Part shown: positions 35,001 through 42,524 of the stretch, one piece after another
Numbering within the stretch: position 1 is the stretch's first letter
Layout of the letters: the number at the start of each line of letters is the position of its first letter
NCBI GenBank assembly: GCA_965200205.1
Contig: CBDAUI010000001.1
Span: 1,778,664 to 1,842,663, forward strand
Direction of reading: 5' to 3'
Source: Candidatus Poribacteria bacterium
GTDB lineage: Bacteria; Poribacteria; WGA-4E; WGA-3G
Length of the DNA stretch: 64,000 nt
Notes under the pieces: model-generated
The model's database searches: none
What the model was told of the DNA's origin: nothing
Seen by the model: the letters and a program-made list of their open reading frames with translations, nothing else
Translations under genes and position numbers: made by a program

Positions 35001-35594
35001 CATTTCGTTCCGGGTGATGCAACAGACCCTGAACCCCTTATCGGCGCAACATTAACCGATCCGAGTGGACTCGATTATCTCACCCGACCCCTATTGTTAG
35101 AACTTGGAAGGGTGTCCGGTGAATCCGAGCGCATCGCGCCAGAGGCGTATCAACTGACGCACCACCCCGGCTCGAATCAACTCGTTTTGACATATCCATC
35201 ACCAGAACTTGAACCCCGTGAGTACGAACTTCGGCTGACGGCAAGCGATGTACACGGGAACACCGACACAAAACGCATTACGTTCCGGGTTCACGACAAC
35301 CTGCAGCTGCTCTCATTTCTGAACTATCCGAACCCGTTTTCGCGTAAAACGACGCTCACATGTGAATTAACGGCACCGGCGGATTCGCTCATGGTAAAAA
35401 TCTATACGTTAAGCGGACGGATGATTCGGGAACTCTCTATCCCGGCGACTCCCGGGTTCTTGATGGTAGAGTGGGATGGCAGAGATGCGGATGGTGTTGA
35501 GGTCGCAAACGGCGTTTATTACGCTAAACTCCAGATTAAACGTGAAGGTGAAAAAGATATTACTGAGATACTCAAAATGATGAAATTGCGTTAA
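29088..35594 (+). CDS. Giant secreted peptidase C25 (gingipain-like cysteine protease) family protein with a C-terminal Por_Secre_tail/FlgD-Ig-like sorting domain.
   Basis: A signal peptide is present. A C25 N-terminal region is recognised (VDYLVVTHPKFL...WR...VVTTDDIYNTYGDG...YVVLLGDG). The catalytic His (QYAGHGGNTVWAHEIIFD) and Cys (FMLVLSCYNGYFD) match the gingipain pattern. The C-terminus reads LSFLNYPNPFSRKTTL...KIYTLSGRMIREL...WDGRDADGVEVANGVYYAKL. Confidence 0.8.
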   Translation: MQLFLKQKQRHKKSRIGLILIVSAFFFLISTFRASARVTQVTSTDGITVQFTLANLTVSEVTRDNVRYHEVRYADSRFTSEPGNPKVPVTRLLLGIPVTADIDGIDVSAAPSETRNGVRLVPVPIYDVQQRNTPAKTLEEHRLETDTRQKHLQHAASQRWEERGRAYQSNGGNASYPGLPLARVVREGYIRSQRVIALALYPVQYFPKTRQLRLYSRFTVNIRFSYGSQPSAIGLHQQGEVFDNPSTFSLTADSRQPTTEPEVFEQAFSRQLLNAEQAAHFRAARRNIPAKTPLVPAAPPLLSNVSNTTRYKLFVEETGVYAITAASLARDWGIDLIGANPARLRLTHGARDVPIYVSGAADKRFDPEDAIFFLGHKPKNRYSRWNIYWLTVDKSQRILDRVPQVTANPTDPTATQVPTFRSKVHFEEDHLTNNLEFAYTDGDKHDWFTSFDFWYWDGIKNGGDGAEMRLAFPLYDVAKSFDPSHISVDLQGGTPVEHKILVAINGVRIDVAEWDSQDSITVERTLRTWDTFKNRSESGEQNVLSLARVDYNVDEDTTRYPYHVYLNRFSVEYTRLFRAVADELWFRSPGRGEVTSPLQSRTQPPGGRKLQYRIEAFRDPGVHIFETDGTYLTAQMRGVTVEPDPARSDLYNALFQTLDTRSAQFIAVSDTALRQPQRVEVVAPSDLATATHGVDYLVVTHPKFLLAAERLSAWRATPGGGGYRTKVVTTDDIYNTYGDGAVSPKAIKSFLTHAYQSWAPPALSYVVLLGDGTFDFRGIDTEIHAEPPELDGYIPTHYIRTDSFGRTASDHWYATVSGHDEFTDFYIGRLSVETVNEAEAVVSKILAYEQAPPNDDWRRRIISVADDEVSNSGDFIFKKSLDEIAKDHTRLGYETVEIFLEDITDEVEARPDDFDVHPQRLAKDMIIEALGEGAVLAQYAGHGGNTVWAHEIIFDNVSVDQVEETDKVPFMLVLSCYNGYFDKPGEPSMAEKLLRKERGGIIGMLSATRLTYASGNDALNRIIFDMLFKRNVRQLGPLSFDSKTELLITEGTGQIDVMLEYTLFGDPALQMAIADGEVQPAIETKTVAPGDTLRIAPGHVLDADYDTVSQKKKFVKNTDFDGTLTVKAVFPGKTAVSQGVAGPVEYYTGDVVLTKTLSISRGAYPTVTFTVPQNIASGDAHVEYYAQSNTTVAVGGDGFTVNVPKILDIQPELVGGLTENATPTSSSKARVLGQKFRISVQISDDSRSEVTSPLLVVLEWRNLATREWETVRLVQGSEDGWWTTPEPLDAPTDGSAIRYDIQVTDADGNITVSDRLQYYPYAYPNLSVVQVQRTDMIRYGYNAERKQWFLATDVQVEGDPVGNPVEISFFNGNPDVDEDMLVDSGAVLLGSAQIQPSDWLQRTPLINSGEAPDGKREETPYRKHYEPDPLNVLPIATATLNLTDPLRPGIHDIFVYIDATETESERPGEVVENDEEDNIAYRRISVDVGAVDAAASGQIISLDGNCVVTVPSGAFQDVAVLAVRSLDAQRFAAIGSENAGGVPSNRDSLPISLNTITGVDENGQPKRAPLPGTSTYGYELSVVNSTQYDFSAKNLSVDSDKRSLEYHSTSLTQNRKRSVLTTENQYAIDLNFDYGTLRTQLAEEVLGSSEEAVSGGLDVTGTLDTAVAARAREMGVYMFNSTLGYWTRLPSQYLTDAAGTLRRRIHITDINAKNVGGGQLRNVRIQPEGARVGKYVLFFTGPRTYRVFHAPFVDGVDNPGNPGELEIISPVEQLASFSIDYPNWTHGFALDMEQDFEQPFVFGDVWTFNVTAISQTLEGGLNIEGPLQQELRWSPAGFRDTNRGTGTISYIELHRLETDASATMPEDQWIVFFLTDTEFQIEGKRTGVLRSASDGTPLRGTVGQPFFYEPYGLRLQLTHGENPFAPGDRFRFETRPVGTIRATTDRLGPITLVYSDDTVPPDIQLTIGNQQHFVPGDATDPEPLIGATLTDPSGLDYLTRPLLLELGRVSGESERIAPEAYQLTHHPGSNQLVLTYPSPELEPREYELRLTASDVHGNTDTKRITFRVHDNLQLLSFLNYPNPFSRKTTLTCELTAPADSLMVKIYTLSGRMIRELSIPATPGFLMVEWDGRDADGVEVANGVYYAKLQIKREGEKDITEILKMMKLR
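30856..30882. repeat. 27-nt palindromic REP-like element, in-frame inside the C25 CDS.
   Basis: GTAGGGGCGAGGTCACCTCGCCCCTAC. It encodes GRGEVTSPL. Confidence 0.8.
32824..32850. repeat. 27-nt palindromic REP-like element (inverted copy), in-frame inside the C25 CDS.
   Basis: GTAGGAGCGAGGTGACCTCGCCCCTAC. It encodes SRSEVTSPL. Confidence 0.8.
33826..33960. repeat. Intragenic, in-frame copy of the ~110-bp MITE-like element inside the C25 CDS.
   Basis: CAGTACGATTTTTCTGCGAAAAATCTTTCAGTT matches 25114-25146, with a G-C to A-T compensatory change in the hairpin stem. Confidence 0.7.
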
Positions 35595-35666
35595 GGGCTA
35601 TCGGCTGACGGCTATTTTGCTGACGGCTGATGGCTGAGAGCCAACAGCTATATTCTGAAGGTTTCT
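35595..35666. repeat. Heptamer tandem repeats (GGCTGAC-type).
   Basis: GGCTATC GGCTGAC GGCTATT TTGCTGAC GGCTGAT GGCTGAG. Confidence 0.7.
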
Positions 35667-36674
35667 ATGAAGAAAGGTATCATCTCCTTTATTTTTTCTA
35701 TAATGATGCTATGTGGGACTATCCAATCTGTGGATGCGAAATACACGGCGGACTTCCTGACGCTTGGTGTCGGTGCGCGCGCACTCGCTATGGGTGGCGC
35801 AGGAACAGCGTTAAGCGATAACGCTTACGCGGCTTATTGGAATCCCGCTGGGTTGGGGCAGCTGACCCGATATGAGGTCAGTTTCATGCATTCCACACTC
35901 AACGGACAGGATGCTTACGATTTTGTGAGTTACGTCCACCCACTGAAGAATCGTGGCGCGATCGGTGTCAGCTGGCTACGTGTCGGTGTTAACGATATTC
36001 CAATCACCAGCCTGCCAGTCGTGAGCCGTCCTGTCGGACCGACGAATCGTCCACAAGTGATCGGGACTTTCAACAATACAGACAACGCATTCCTACTCTC
36101 ATCTGGCTGGACAATCCCTTCCTTCAGTGGTGTCGATTTCCATCTCGGTGGTACGCTTAAGCTGCTTTATATGAGCGGCTATCGGACCACAAACGCCATC
36201 GGCGGTGGTGCTGACATCGGTTTCGTTGCAACCACTGCTGTAGAGAAACCGCATCAACTGACGCTCGGATTACAAGCGAGCGACGCTTTTCGGACAAAAA
36301 TTTATTGGAACACGCCGCCGCCATCAGCAGATATGACATCGCACACCGAGACAATATCGCCGAATCTGAAAATCGGCATTGCAACGACGCATGCCCTCGC
36401 TATTTTCCGTAGCACACTCATCTTGGCTTTGGATACCTATATCAAGGAGGGTGTTGAATTGCATGGCGGTGCCGAATGGACACTCTTCGATCTGCTTTCG
36501 CTGCGTATCGGCTTTGATGAGCGCAAGGGGATTGAAAGCGTTCGGCGTTTGACGGCAGGTGCCGGATTGAACCTACGATTCGTTACGGGTGCCGGAGCCG
36601 GATTAGACTACGCGTTTGCGAACCACCCAGCATTGGGCGGCAGCCATCGCATGTCTCTTAGGATTAGGTTTTAG
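35667..36674 (+). CDS. Outer-membrane beta-barrel protein, PorV/PorQ-family-like.
   Basis: Signal peptide. The N-terminal LTLGVGARALAMGGAGTALSDNAYAAYWNPAGLG motif is as in PorV/PorQ-family proteins. The C-terminus ends in an aromatic residue (...SLRIRF). Confidence 0.5.
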   Translation: MKKGIISFIFSIMMLCGTIQSVDAKYTADFLTLGVGARALAMGGAGTALSDNAYAAYWNPAGLGQLTRYEVSFMHSTLNGQDAYDFVSYVHPLKNRGAIGVSWLRVGVNDIPITSLPVVSRPVGPTNRPQVIGTFNNTDNAFLLSSGWTIPSFSGVDFHLGGTLKLLYMSGYRTTNAIGGGADIGFVATTAVEKPHQLTLGLQASDAFRTKIYWNTPPPSADMTSHTETISPNLKIGIATTHALAIFRSTLILALDTYIKEGVELHGGAEWTLFDLLSLRIGFDERKGIESVRRLTAGAGLNLRFVTGAGAGLDYAFANHPALGGSHRMSLRIRF

Positions 36675-36775
36675 TAGTCATCGGCTATCGACTTTCAGCA
36701 AGAAAGAGTCGTTTTATACGCTGGTTCTCCTCTTTGCTGACTGCTAACGGCTGACGGCTATCTGACTGATTGCTT
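36675..36775. repeat. Heptamer tandem repeats/MITE-like element (TGCTGAC/GGCTGAC-type), related to 61124-61242.
   Basis: TGCTGAC TGCTAAC GGCTGAC GGCTATC. It also shares CATCGGCT...CTTTCAG...AGAGT with the element at 61139-61175. Confidence 0.65.
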
Positions 36776-38951
36776 GTTCCCAATCCCAGACAAGGATAGT
36801 TCCGTCTTGTCCCGTGCTAACGAACGTCTTTCCATCCTCTGAAAAGACTAACGCCTCTACCATTGCTGTGTGTCCATGAAGTGTATTTATCTTTTCGCCA
36901 GTTTTCAAATCGAATAATTCGATTCCGCCGTTTCTAAGTCCTGCAAGAAGAACGCTGTCATCAGGAGAAAACGCTAACGATGTGGCACCGCGTGGTCCAT
37001 CTTTAAGCCGAGGTTGCTTACTGCTGCCCAACAAACGAATTTTTTGGCTACTTCCGACAGCGAGCAACGTACCGTTTGAAGAGAATGCAAGTGCTCTGAT
37101 AATATCACTATATGTGACAGTAAAATTACCGGGTCCGCCTTTCACAGCCTCTTCCATATCCTGTCCTGCAAGAAAAGGAGCTAACGCGACTCCGGTTTCA
37201 GCATCCCACATCTGTACCTTTCCACCCATGTTTCCACTGATAAGTTTCTTTCCGTCAGGCGAAAACACCAAAGCACTGATAGAAGGTGTAATATGGCGAG
37301 GCATCAAGCCTGGTGGGAATTCAAAATCACCGTTTCCATCGGCATTGTTTGGATTTTCTGGAACATTCTCTTCATCTATAAGCGAGATGTTAACGCTGTT
37401 CCCTGTCTCCGTATTCCATACATAAATTTTACCCGAGCTATCAAACGCAACTGTTTTTCCATCAGGCGAGAAAGTTATACTGTTGTTGCCCGGATTCATT
37501 ACACCATCTGTATTATTTAAGTTTGCCAACTCACGCCCTGTCTTTGTCTCCGTCAACTGAATTCGTTGACTTCCCATTCGAGAGGAGAGGGTTGCACCTG
37601 AGCCGCCTGCCTCAAAAAACATAGTGGCTTTCGCGCCGGCACTTGCGAGTTTTGTTCCATCGGGTGAAAGTGCTGAACTTTGCAATAAATCACCATGTAC
37701 AGCATCTTCGGAAGCGGTTTGTTGCGATGTGTTCAGGTCCCAAAAGTCAATGATGCCGTTAAAGGCGACACTTACGAGCGCGGAACTTTCTTCACTGAAG
37801 GATACCATTTTGATCCACTTCGTATGTTCTGTAATGCTAATAGGTAACAATCCTCCAGTTTCAGTATTCCAGAATTTGATTGTTCCATCCGTGCTGCCAC
37901 TTGCAAGCCTGCTGCCATCGGGTGAAAACGATAGGGCAATAACCCCATTTAGATGTCCGGTGAATGTTGCGATTAATTCACCCGTGCCGGCATCCCATAG
38001 ATGCACTGTTCCATCCGTGCTCCCACTCGCGAGTCGTTTGCCGTCGGAAGAGAAGGCTAATGCATTTATCCATCCTGTGTGTTTTTGTAGGATAGCCAAT
38101 TCTTCGTTCGTGTCAGTATCCCACAATCGTACCGTTTTATCTTTACTTCCACTTGCGAGTCGCTTGCCATCAGGCGAAAATTCCAAGACCAATACGTGAA
38201 CACCCTCGTCTGGGAGGAAAAACGGTTGATCGTGATTATCCTCTTGAATTGCCAACTTGCGCTCTACTGGGGGTAAAATTCCTCCGTGACCCTCAAGCGT
38301 AGACAATTTTTTACCAGTTGTTATATCCCACAATTCGATCTTCCCGACCTGACCTCCAACGGCAAATTTGTCGTGCGTGAGTGCATAAGGTTCAGGGCTG
38401 GTTCGCCGCGTCACCTTTTCCCAAGAACGGTCTTCAATATTTTTCGCATCTCCTTTTCCAGTTTCAACATCTAATCTACCGATTACGTCTGCCCAGCCTT
38501 CTAAAGTGACAAGTGCTTTTCCGTCTTCAGAGAATTGCAGTGCTGATGCCGAGCGATGACCATCAGTAAGTGATACTTTCTGACCGGTGGCTGTTTCCCA
38601 CAACTGAAGTCCGCCGCCACGAAACGAGAATTTTCCGCCGCCACTTGCGATAAATCTGCCATCGGGTGAAAATGCGATGGCTTGAGATCGCCCCGGTAAC
38701 AGGTCAATCTCTTTGCCCGTATTTAGGTCGTAAATCCATATACCGATGCTGGTTCCGACAGCGATTTGTGTGCCGTCTGGTGAGAATTGAATGGCATTAA
38801 TCCCGCCTTTTCCGAATCTTGCTTTCGCTGCTTTCGGCAGTTCCCATTTTGTATAATTTTCGGTTGTTTCGTCTATTTGTGCTTTGGCGGCGAATACAAC
38901 CGATCCGATTAGGAGTGCACATATCAGTAGAACTCTATAAAACCTATTCAT
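36744..38951 (-). CDS. Secreted WD40 repeat beta-propeller protein (paralog of the C-terminal part of the ECF-WD40 fusion).
   Basis: Signal peptide MNRFYRVLLICALLIGSVVFAAKAQ. Many WD40 repeats (FSPDG...ASGS...WD). About 85% nucleotide identity to stretches of 39094-41250. Confidence 0.8.
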   Translation of the reverse strand: MNRFYRVLLICALLIGSVVFAAKAQIDETTENYTKWELPKAAKARFGKGGINAIQFSPDGTQIAVGTSIGIWIYDLNTGKEIDLLPGRSQAIAFSPDGRFIASGGGKFSFRGGGLQLWETATGQKVSLTDGHRSASALQFSEDGKALVTLEGWADVIGRLDVETGKGDAKNIEDRSWEKVTRRTSPEPYALTHDKFAVGGQVGKIELWDITTGKKLSTLEGHGGILPPVERKLAIQEDNHDQPFFLPDEGVHVLVLEFSPDGKRLASGSKDKTVRLWDTDTNEELAILQKHTGWINALAFSSDGKRLASGSTDGTVHLWDAGTGELIATFTGHLNGVIALSFSPDGSRLASGSTDGTIKFWNTETGGLLPISITEHTKWIKMVSFSEESSALVSVAFNGIIDFWDLNTSQQTASEDAVHGDLLQSSALSPDGTKLASAGAKATMFFEAGGSGATLSSRMGSQRIQLTETKTGRELANLNNTDGVMNPGNNSITFSPDGKTVAFDSSGKIYVWNTETGNSVNISLIDEENVPENPNNADGNGDFEFPPGLMPRHITPSISALVFSPDGKKLISGNMGGKVQMWDAETGVALAPFLAGQDMEEAVKGGPGNFTVTYSDIIRALAFSSNGTLLAVGSSQKIRLLGSSKQPRLKDGPRGATSLAFSPDDSVLLAGLRNGGIELFDLKTGEKINTLHGHTAMVEALVFSEDGKTFVSTGQDGTILVWDWEQAISQIAVSR

Positions 38952-39064
38952 TTTTCCTCCATTTGTCTACGGTTTATGTAATAAATACGCAATCAATCAG
39001 TATAACTTCTGTTCAATTATACACCATTAGAATGGAGGATTGCCAAGTAGATAAGGTCTGTTTT

Positions 39065-39091
39065 GTAGGGGCTGGGTCACCCAGCCCCTAC
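39065..39091. repeat. 27-nt palindromic REP-like element (intergenic variant).
   Basis: GTAGGGGCTGGGTCACCCAGCCCCTAC. Compensatory GAGG/CCTC to TGGG/CCCA changes relative to the intragenic copies preserve the dyad. Confidence 0.75.
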
Positions 39092-39093
39092 TT

Positions 39094-42000
39094 TCACTGT
39101 TTTTCGGTGCTATGCAAACCTTTCAGGGTTTTACTCCAATCCCAGACAAGGATGGTTCCGTCTTGTCCCGTGCTGACGAGCGTTTTGCCATCGGGTGAAA
39201 AGACTAACGTCTCTACTATTGAGGTGTGTCCGTTGAGCGTACTTATTTTTTCACCAGTAGCCATATCAAATAGTTCGATGCTACCGTTTCTAAGTCCTGC
39301 GAGAAGAACGGTGTCATCAGGCGAAAACACTAAAGATTTAGCGCCACGTGGAACATCTTTAAGTTGAGGCTGCTTGCTGCCACCTAACAGACGGATTTTT
39401 CGTTCGCTTCCGACAGCGATTCGCCTGCTATCTGAAGGAAACGCAAACGTCGTAATAGGATCCCGATACCCAACGCCTTCCTTTCCAGCGAAGAAGGGTG
39501 CTAATTCAACCCCGGTTTCAGCATCCCACATCTGAACCTTTCCACCCATAGTTCCGCTGACAAGTTTTTTCCCGTCCGGTGAGAATGCTAAAGCACTAAT
39601 TTGAGGCATTTGATGGGGCATCACGTCTGGCAGCGGTGCCAAGTCGCCTTTTCCATTAGCGTTATGTTCATCTAAGATGGATACGTCAAGACGGGTGCCA
39701 GTCTCAGTGTTCCATAAATGCATTTTACCTAAACCGCCGAAGGCGACTGTTTTCCTATCAGGTGAAAAAACCATGCATGGGTACGGATTAATTCCAACGT
39801 TTACCTCATTTAATGTTGCTAATTCGTTTCCGGTACTGACATCCGTTAGACGAACTTGAGGATCCGGCATCCAAGAAGATATCATATTCCCTAGACCTGC
39901 ATCAAGGAGCATAGTCGCTTGTGCACCGACACTTGCGAGTTTTGTTCCGTCCGGTGAAAATGCTAAAGTTGGTAAAAAATCTCGATGTCCAGTATTTTGC
40001 GAACCGGTTTTCTGTGATGTTTTCAGATCCCAAAAAGTAACGATCCCATTAAATGCGACGCTTGCGAGTGTGGAACTATCTTTAAAGAAGGAAACAGCCT
40101 TCACCCACTCGGTATGCTCTGTAATATTGATCGGTAGCAAATTCCCGTTTTCCGTGTTCCAGAACTTTATTTTTCCATCAGCACTTGCACTCGCGAGTGT
40201 TTTACCATCCGGTGAAAACGATAGTGCAGAGATGCTGTTTAGATGTCCGTTGAGCGTCGTGATCAGTTCGCCTGTTTCAGTATCCCATAAATTCACTGTT
40301 TTGTCGGTGCTTCCACTTGCGAGTTTTTTCCCGTTCGGAGAGAACGCTAATGTGTTTGTCCACCCGGTGTGTTTTCCAAGAGTAGCCAATTCTTCGTTAG
40401 TATCGGTATCCCATAATCGTACCGTTTTATCTTTACTTCCGCTTGCGAGTTTTGTTCCGTCCGGCGAAAACTCAAGGACTAAAACGTGGTTGCTGCCTTG
40501 TAGTAAAAGTGGTATCTCTTCCCTAATGATAACAGGTGGAGCAACTTTCTTCTTCATCTGTAAAGGCCGAGGTCCCTTCACTTGAACTTTCTCATCTTTA
40601 TCCGCCTCAATTGTACGCGCCTTCAAATCTTTATCTGCTTCTACTATAAAAGAAGGCAGTAGTGGTGATGCCTCAATATTCTTTATTTTCGCTTTGAGGG
40701 TAGATATTTTTTTACCCGTCATTGTGTCCCATAGTTCTATTTTCCCATCTTTTCCGCCAACTGCAAATTTGTCGTGTGTAAGTGCATAGGGTTCAGGCAT
40801 AGATCTCGATTTTATCATTTCCCAAGACCGTTCCTTTATATTTTTCACATCCGCTTTTCCTGTTTCAACATCTAATCTACCAATCGAGTCTCCCTGATTT
40901 CCTAAAGTGACAAGCGTTTTCCCATCTTCAGAGAATTGCAATACTGATGCAGGAGGCGTACCGTCAGTAAGTTCCACTTTCTGACCCGTAGCAATCTCCC
41001 ACAATTGAAACCCCGCGTGAAATGTATATCTACCACCACCACTTGCGATGAATCGTCCATCAGGCGAAAAAGCGATGGATTGGCACATACCAGGGAACAT
41101 CGTAATCTCTTTTCCCGTTTTTAGGTCGTATAGCCACACACCGATATTACTACCGACAGCAATTTGTGTGCCATCTGGCGAGAATTGAAGCGCGTTGATA
41201 CCACCTTTTCCGAGCCTCGCTTTCGCCTCTTTAGGGAGCTCCCATTTTGTGTAATCGTCGGTAAGTTCATCAGCGTGTGCTTCCGCAACGAGTGCTGGTG
41301 CATCCTCGGGAAGTTGTTCCGATTTGCTGCTTCTACCCGGTATGTTGGTGCTTCCGATCTGTGTTCGCGTATCCGGTTTAGACGCAACGTTCAGCACGAT
41401 AGGTGTTTCGATCAGTTCAATTGTCATCTCTGACGCGGCATCGAGGCTATACAGCTTCTGGAAACGGAGTGCATGTTGCTGGTTTCCGATGCCCAGCATC
41501 AGCAATAGCACTGCAACCGTGGAAGCGGCGATTGCCCACGGCATAAAGGGTTTAGCACCGGAGGGTGCGGCGGGTTTAATGCGGGCGACCTCTCGCATAA
41601 TATTCTCTGTGAGGTTTGGCGTGATCTGGAAGTTTTCTAAAGCCTCACGAATCATCGGCTCCTCTTTCTTCAAGTGCTGCTGCGCACGGCGGAGGCGACT
41701 CTTGATTGTGTTTTTCGATACGCCCAAAAACGTGCCAATCTCCGTGCAGGACATCTCGGCGAAGTAGTGAAGCGTGATAACGGTGCGTTCGCTGTCCTGT
41801 AATTTTTCAAGCAGCTTCTTAACGACATCCCGTTGGGCTTCTGCGGTTGTGCGTTCATTTTCCGCAGCGACGTATCCAGAATATGTCGCCTTTTGTCGCT
41901 GCTCGTTGTCTGTTTCCTCAAGCTCCTCAAGAGGTTGCGTCCACAACCGCTTTTTACGGAGCCAAGAGCTGCAACGGTTCGCCGCGATGACATAGAGCCA

Positions 42001-42213
42001 ACTTGCGAACCGCTGAGGCTTCTTGAGTGTGGAAAGCCGCTTATATGCGTTCAGAAAAGTGTCCTGTGTGATCTCCTCAGCGATATGGAAATCCCCGATT
42101 TTACGCCATGCGAGGGCGTGCACCTGTTTCTGATATTTTCTCACCAGCACAGAAAAGGCATCATCGTCGCCTTCAAGGACGCGTTGGATGAGGTCAGCAT
42201 CGTCGTTTTTCAT
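39094..42213 (-). CDS. ECF-type sigma-70 factor fused through one TM helix to a large WD40 beta-propeller domain (ECF sigma with WD40 C-terminal extension).
   Basis: The N-terminus has sigma70 region 2 (LIQRVLEGDDDAFSVLVRKYQKQVHALAWRKIGD...EEITQDTFLNAY) and region 4 (ERTVITLHYFAEMSCTEIGTFLGVSKNTIKSRLRRA). A TM helix (AIAASTVAVLLLMLGIG) and WD40 repeats follow. GGAGG RBS. Confidence 0.8.
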   Translation of the reverse strand: MKNDDADLIQRVLEGDDDAFSVLVRKYQKQVHALAWRKIGDFHIAEEITQDTFLNAYKRLSTLKKPQRFASWLYVIAANRCSSWLRKKRLWTQPLEELEETDNEQRQKATYSGYVAAENERTTAEAQRDVVKKLLEKLQDSERTVITLHYFAEMSCTEIGTFLGVSKNTIKSRLRRAQQHLKKEEPMIREALENFQITPNLTENIMREVARIKPAAPSGAKPFMPWAIAASTVAVLLLMLGIGNQQHALRFQKLYSLDAASEMTIELIETPIVLNVASKPDTRTQIGSTNIPGRSSKSEQLPEDAPALVAEAHADELTDDYTKWELPKEAKARLGKGGINALQFSPDGTQIAVGSNIGVWLYDLKTGKEITMFPGMCQSIAFSPDGRFIASGGGRYTFHAGFQLWEIATGQKVELTDGTPPASVLQFSEDGKTLVTLGNQGDSIGRLDVETGKADVKNIKERSWEMIKSRSMPEPYALTHDKFAVGGKDGKIELWDTMTGKKISTLKAKIKNIEASPLLPSFIVEADKDLKARTIEADKDEKVQVKGPRPLQMKKKVAPPVIIREEIPLLLQGSNHVLVLEFSPDGTKLASGSKDKTVRLWDTDTNEELATLGKHTGWTNTLAFSPNGKKLASGSTDKTVNLWDTETGELITTLNGHLNSISALSFSPDGKTLASASADGKIKFWNTENGNLLPINITEHTEWVKAVSFFKDSSTLASVAFNGIVTFWDLKTSQKTGSQNTGHRDFLPTLAFSPDGTKLASVGAQATMLLDAGLGNMISSWMPDPQVRLTDVSTGNELATLNEVNVGINPYPCMVFSPDRKTVAFGGLGKMHLWNTETGTRLDVSILDEHNANGKGDLAPLPDVMPHQMPQISALAFSPDGKKLVSGTMGGKVQMWDAETGVELAPFFAGKEGVGYRDPITTFAFPSDSRRIAVGSERKIRLLGGSKQPQLKDVPRGAKSLVFSPDDTVLLAGLRNGSIELFDMATGEKISTLNGHTSIVETLVFSPDGKTLVSTGQDGTILVWDWSKTLKGLHSTEKQ

Positions 42214-42284
42214 GAGTCGCCTCCAAAAATGAATAGTTAACGTGAGCTTGATAAATACTTAAGGCAGACACATTTGCTCTTAAA

Positions 42285-42340
42285 GTCCCCCAACCCCCCT
42301 GATAAGGGGGGACATGGGGGGTTGGGGGATTTAGGGGGTT
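42285..42340. promoter_or_regulatory. G/C-tract palindrome with G-quadruplex potential in the promoter region of the ECF-WD40 gene.
   Basis: CCCCCAACCCCCC at 42287-42299 and its exact reverse complement GGGGGGTTGGGGG at 42316-42328, plus GGGGGG and GGGGG tracts. Confidence 0.5.
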
Positions 42341-42524
42341 GTATTCCTAAAAATAGTTGCTTTTTCAGAGAGTATATTGTTTTTTGCTCAATGTGCGTCC
42401 ACCTTGAAAACCTCTAATATTTTTTCAAACTGGTGTTAGTTACGTAATTGTGCGTTCAGATCTGGTGACGCTACTTAGGTGCGGAACGGGTGCATAATTC
42501 TGCAAAAAACGCTACCCCCTTCTT

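Noticed and set aside
37624-38199. Plus-strand ORFs with repeated LPLASxLPSGEN motifs (also 40070-40585, 42712-43083, 43087-43311).
   Set aside because: They are antisense shadows of the minus-strand WD40 repeat genes. Their periodicity mirrors the WD40 repeats.
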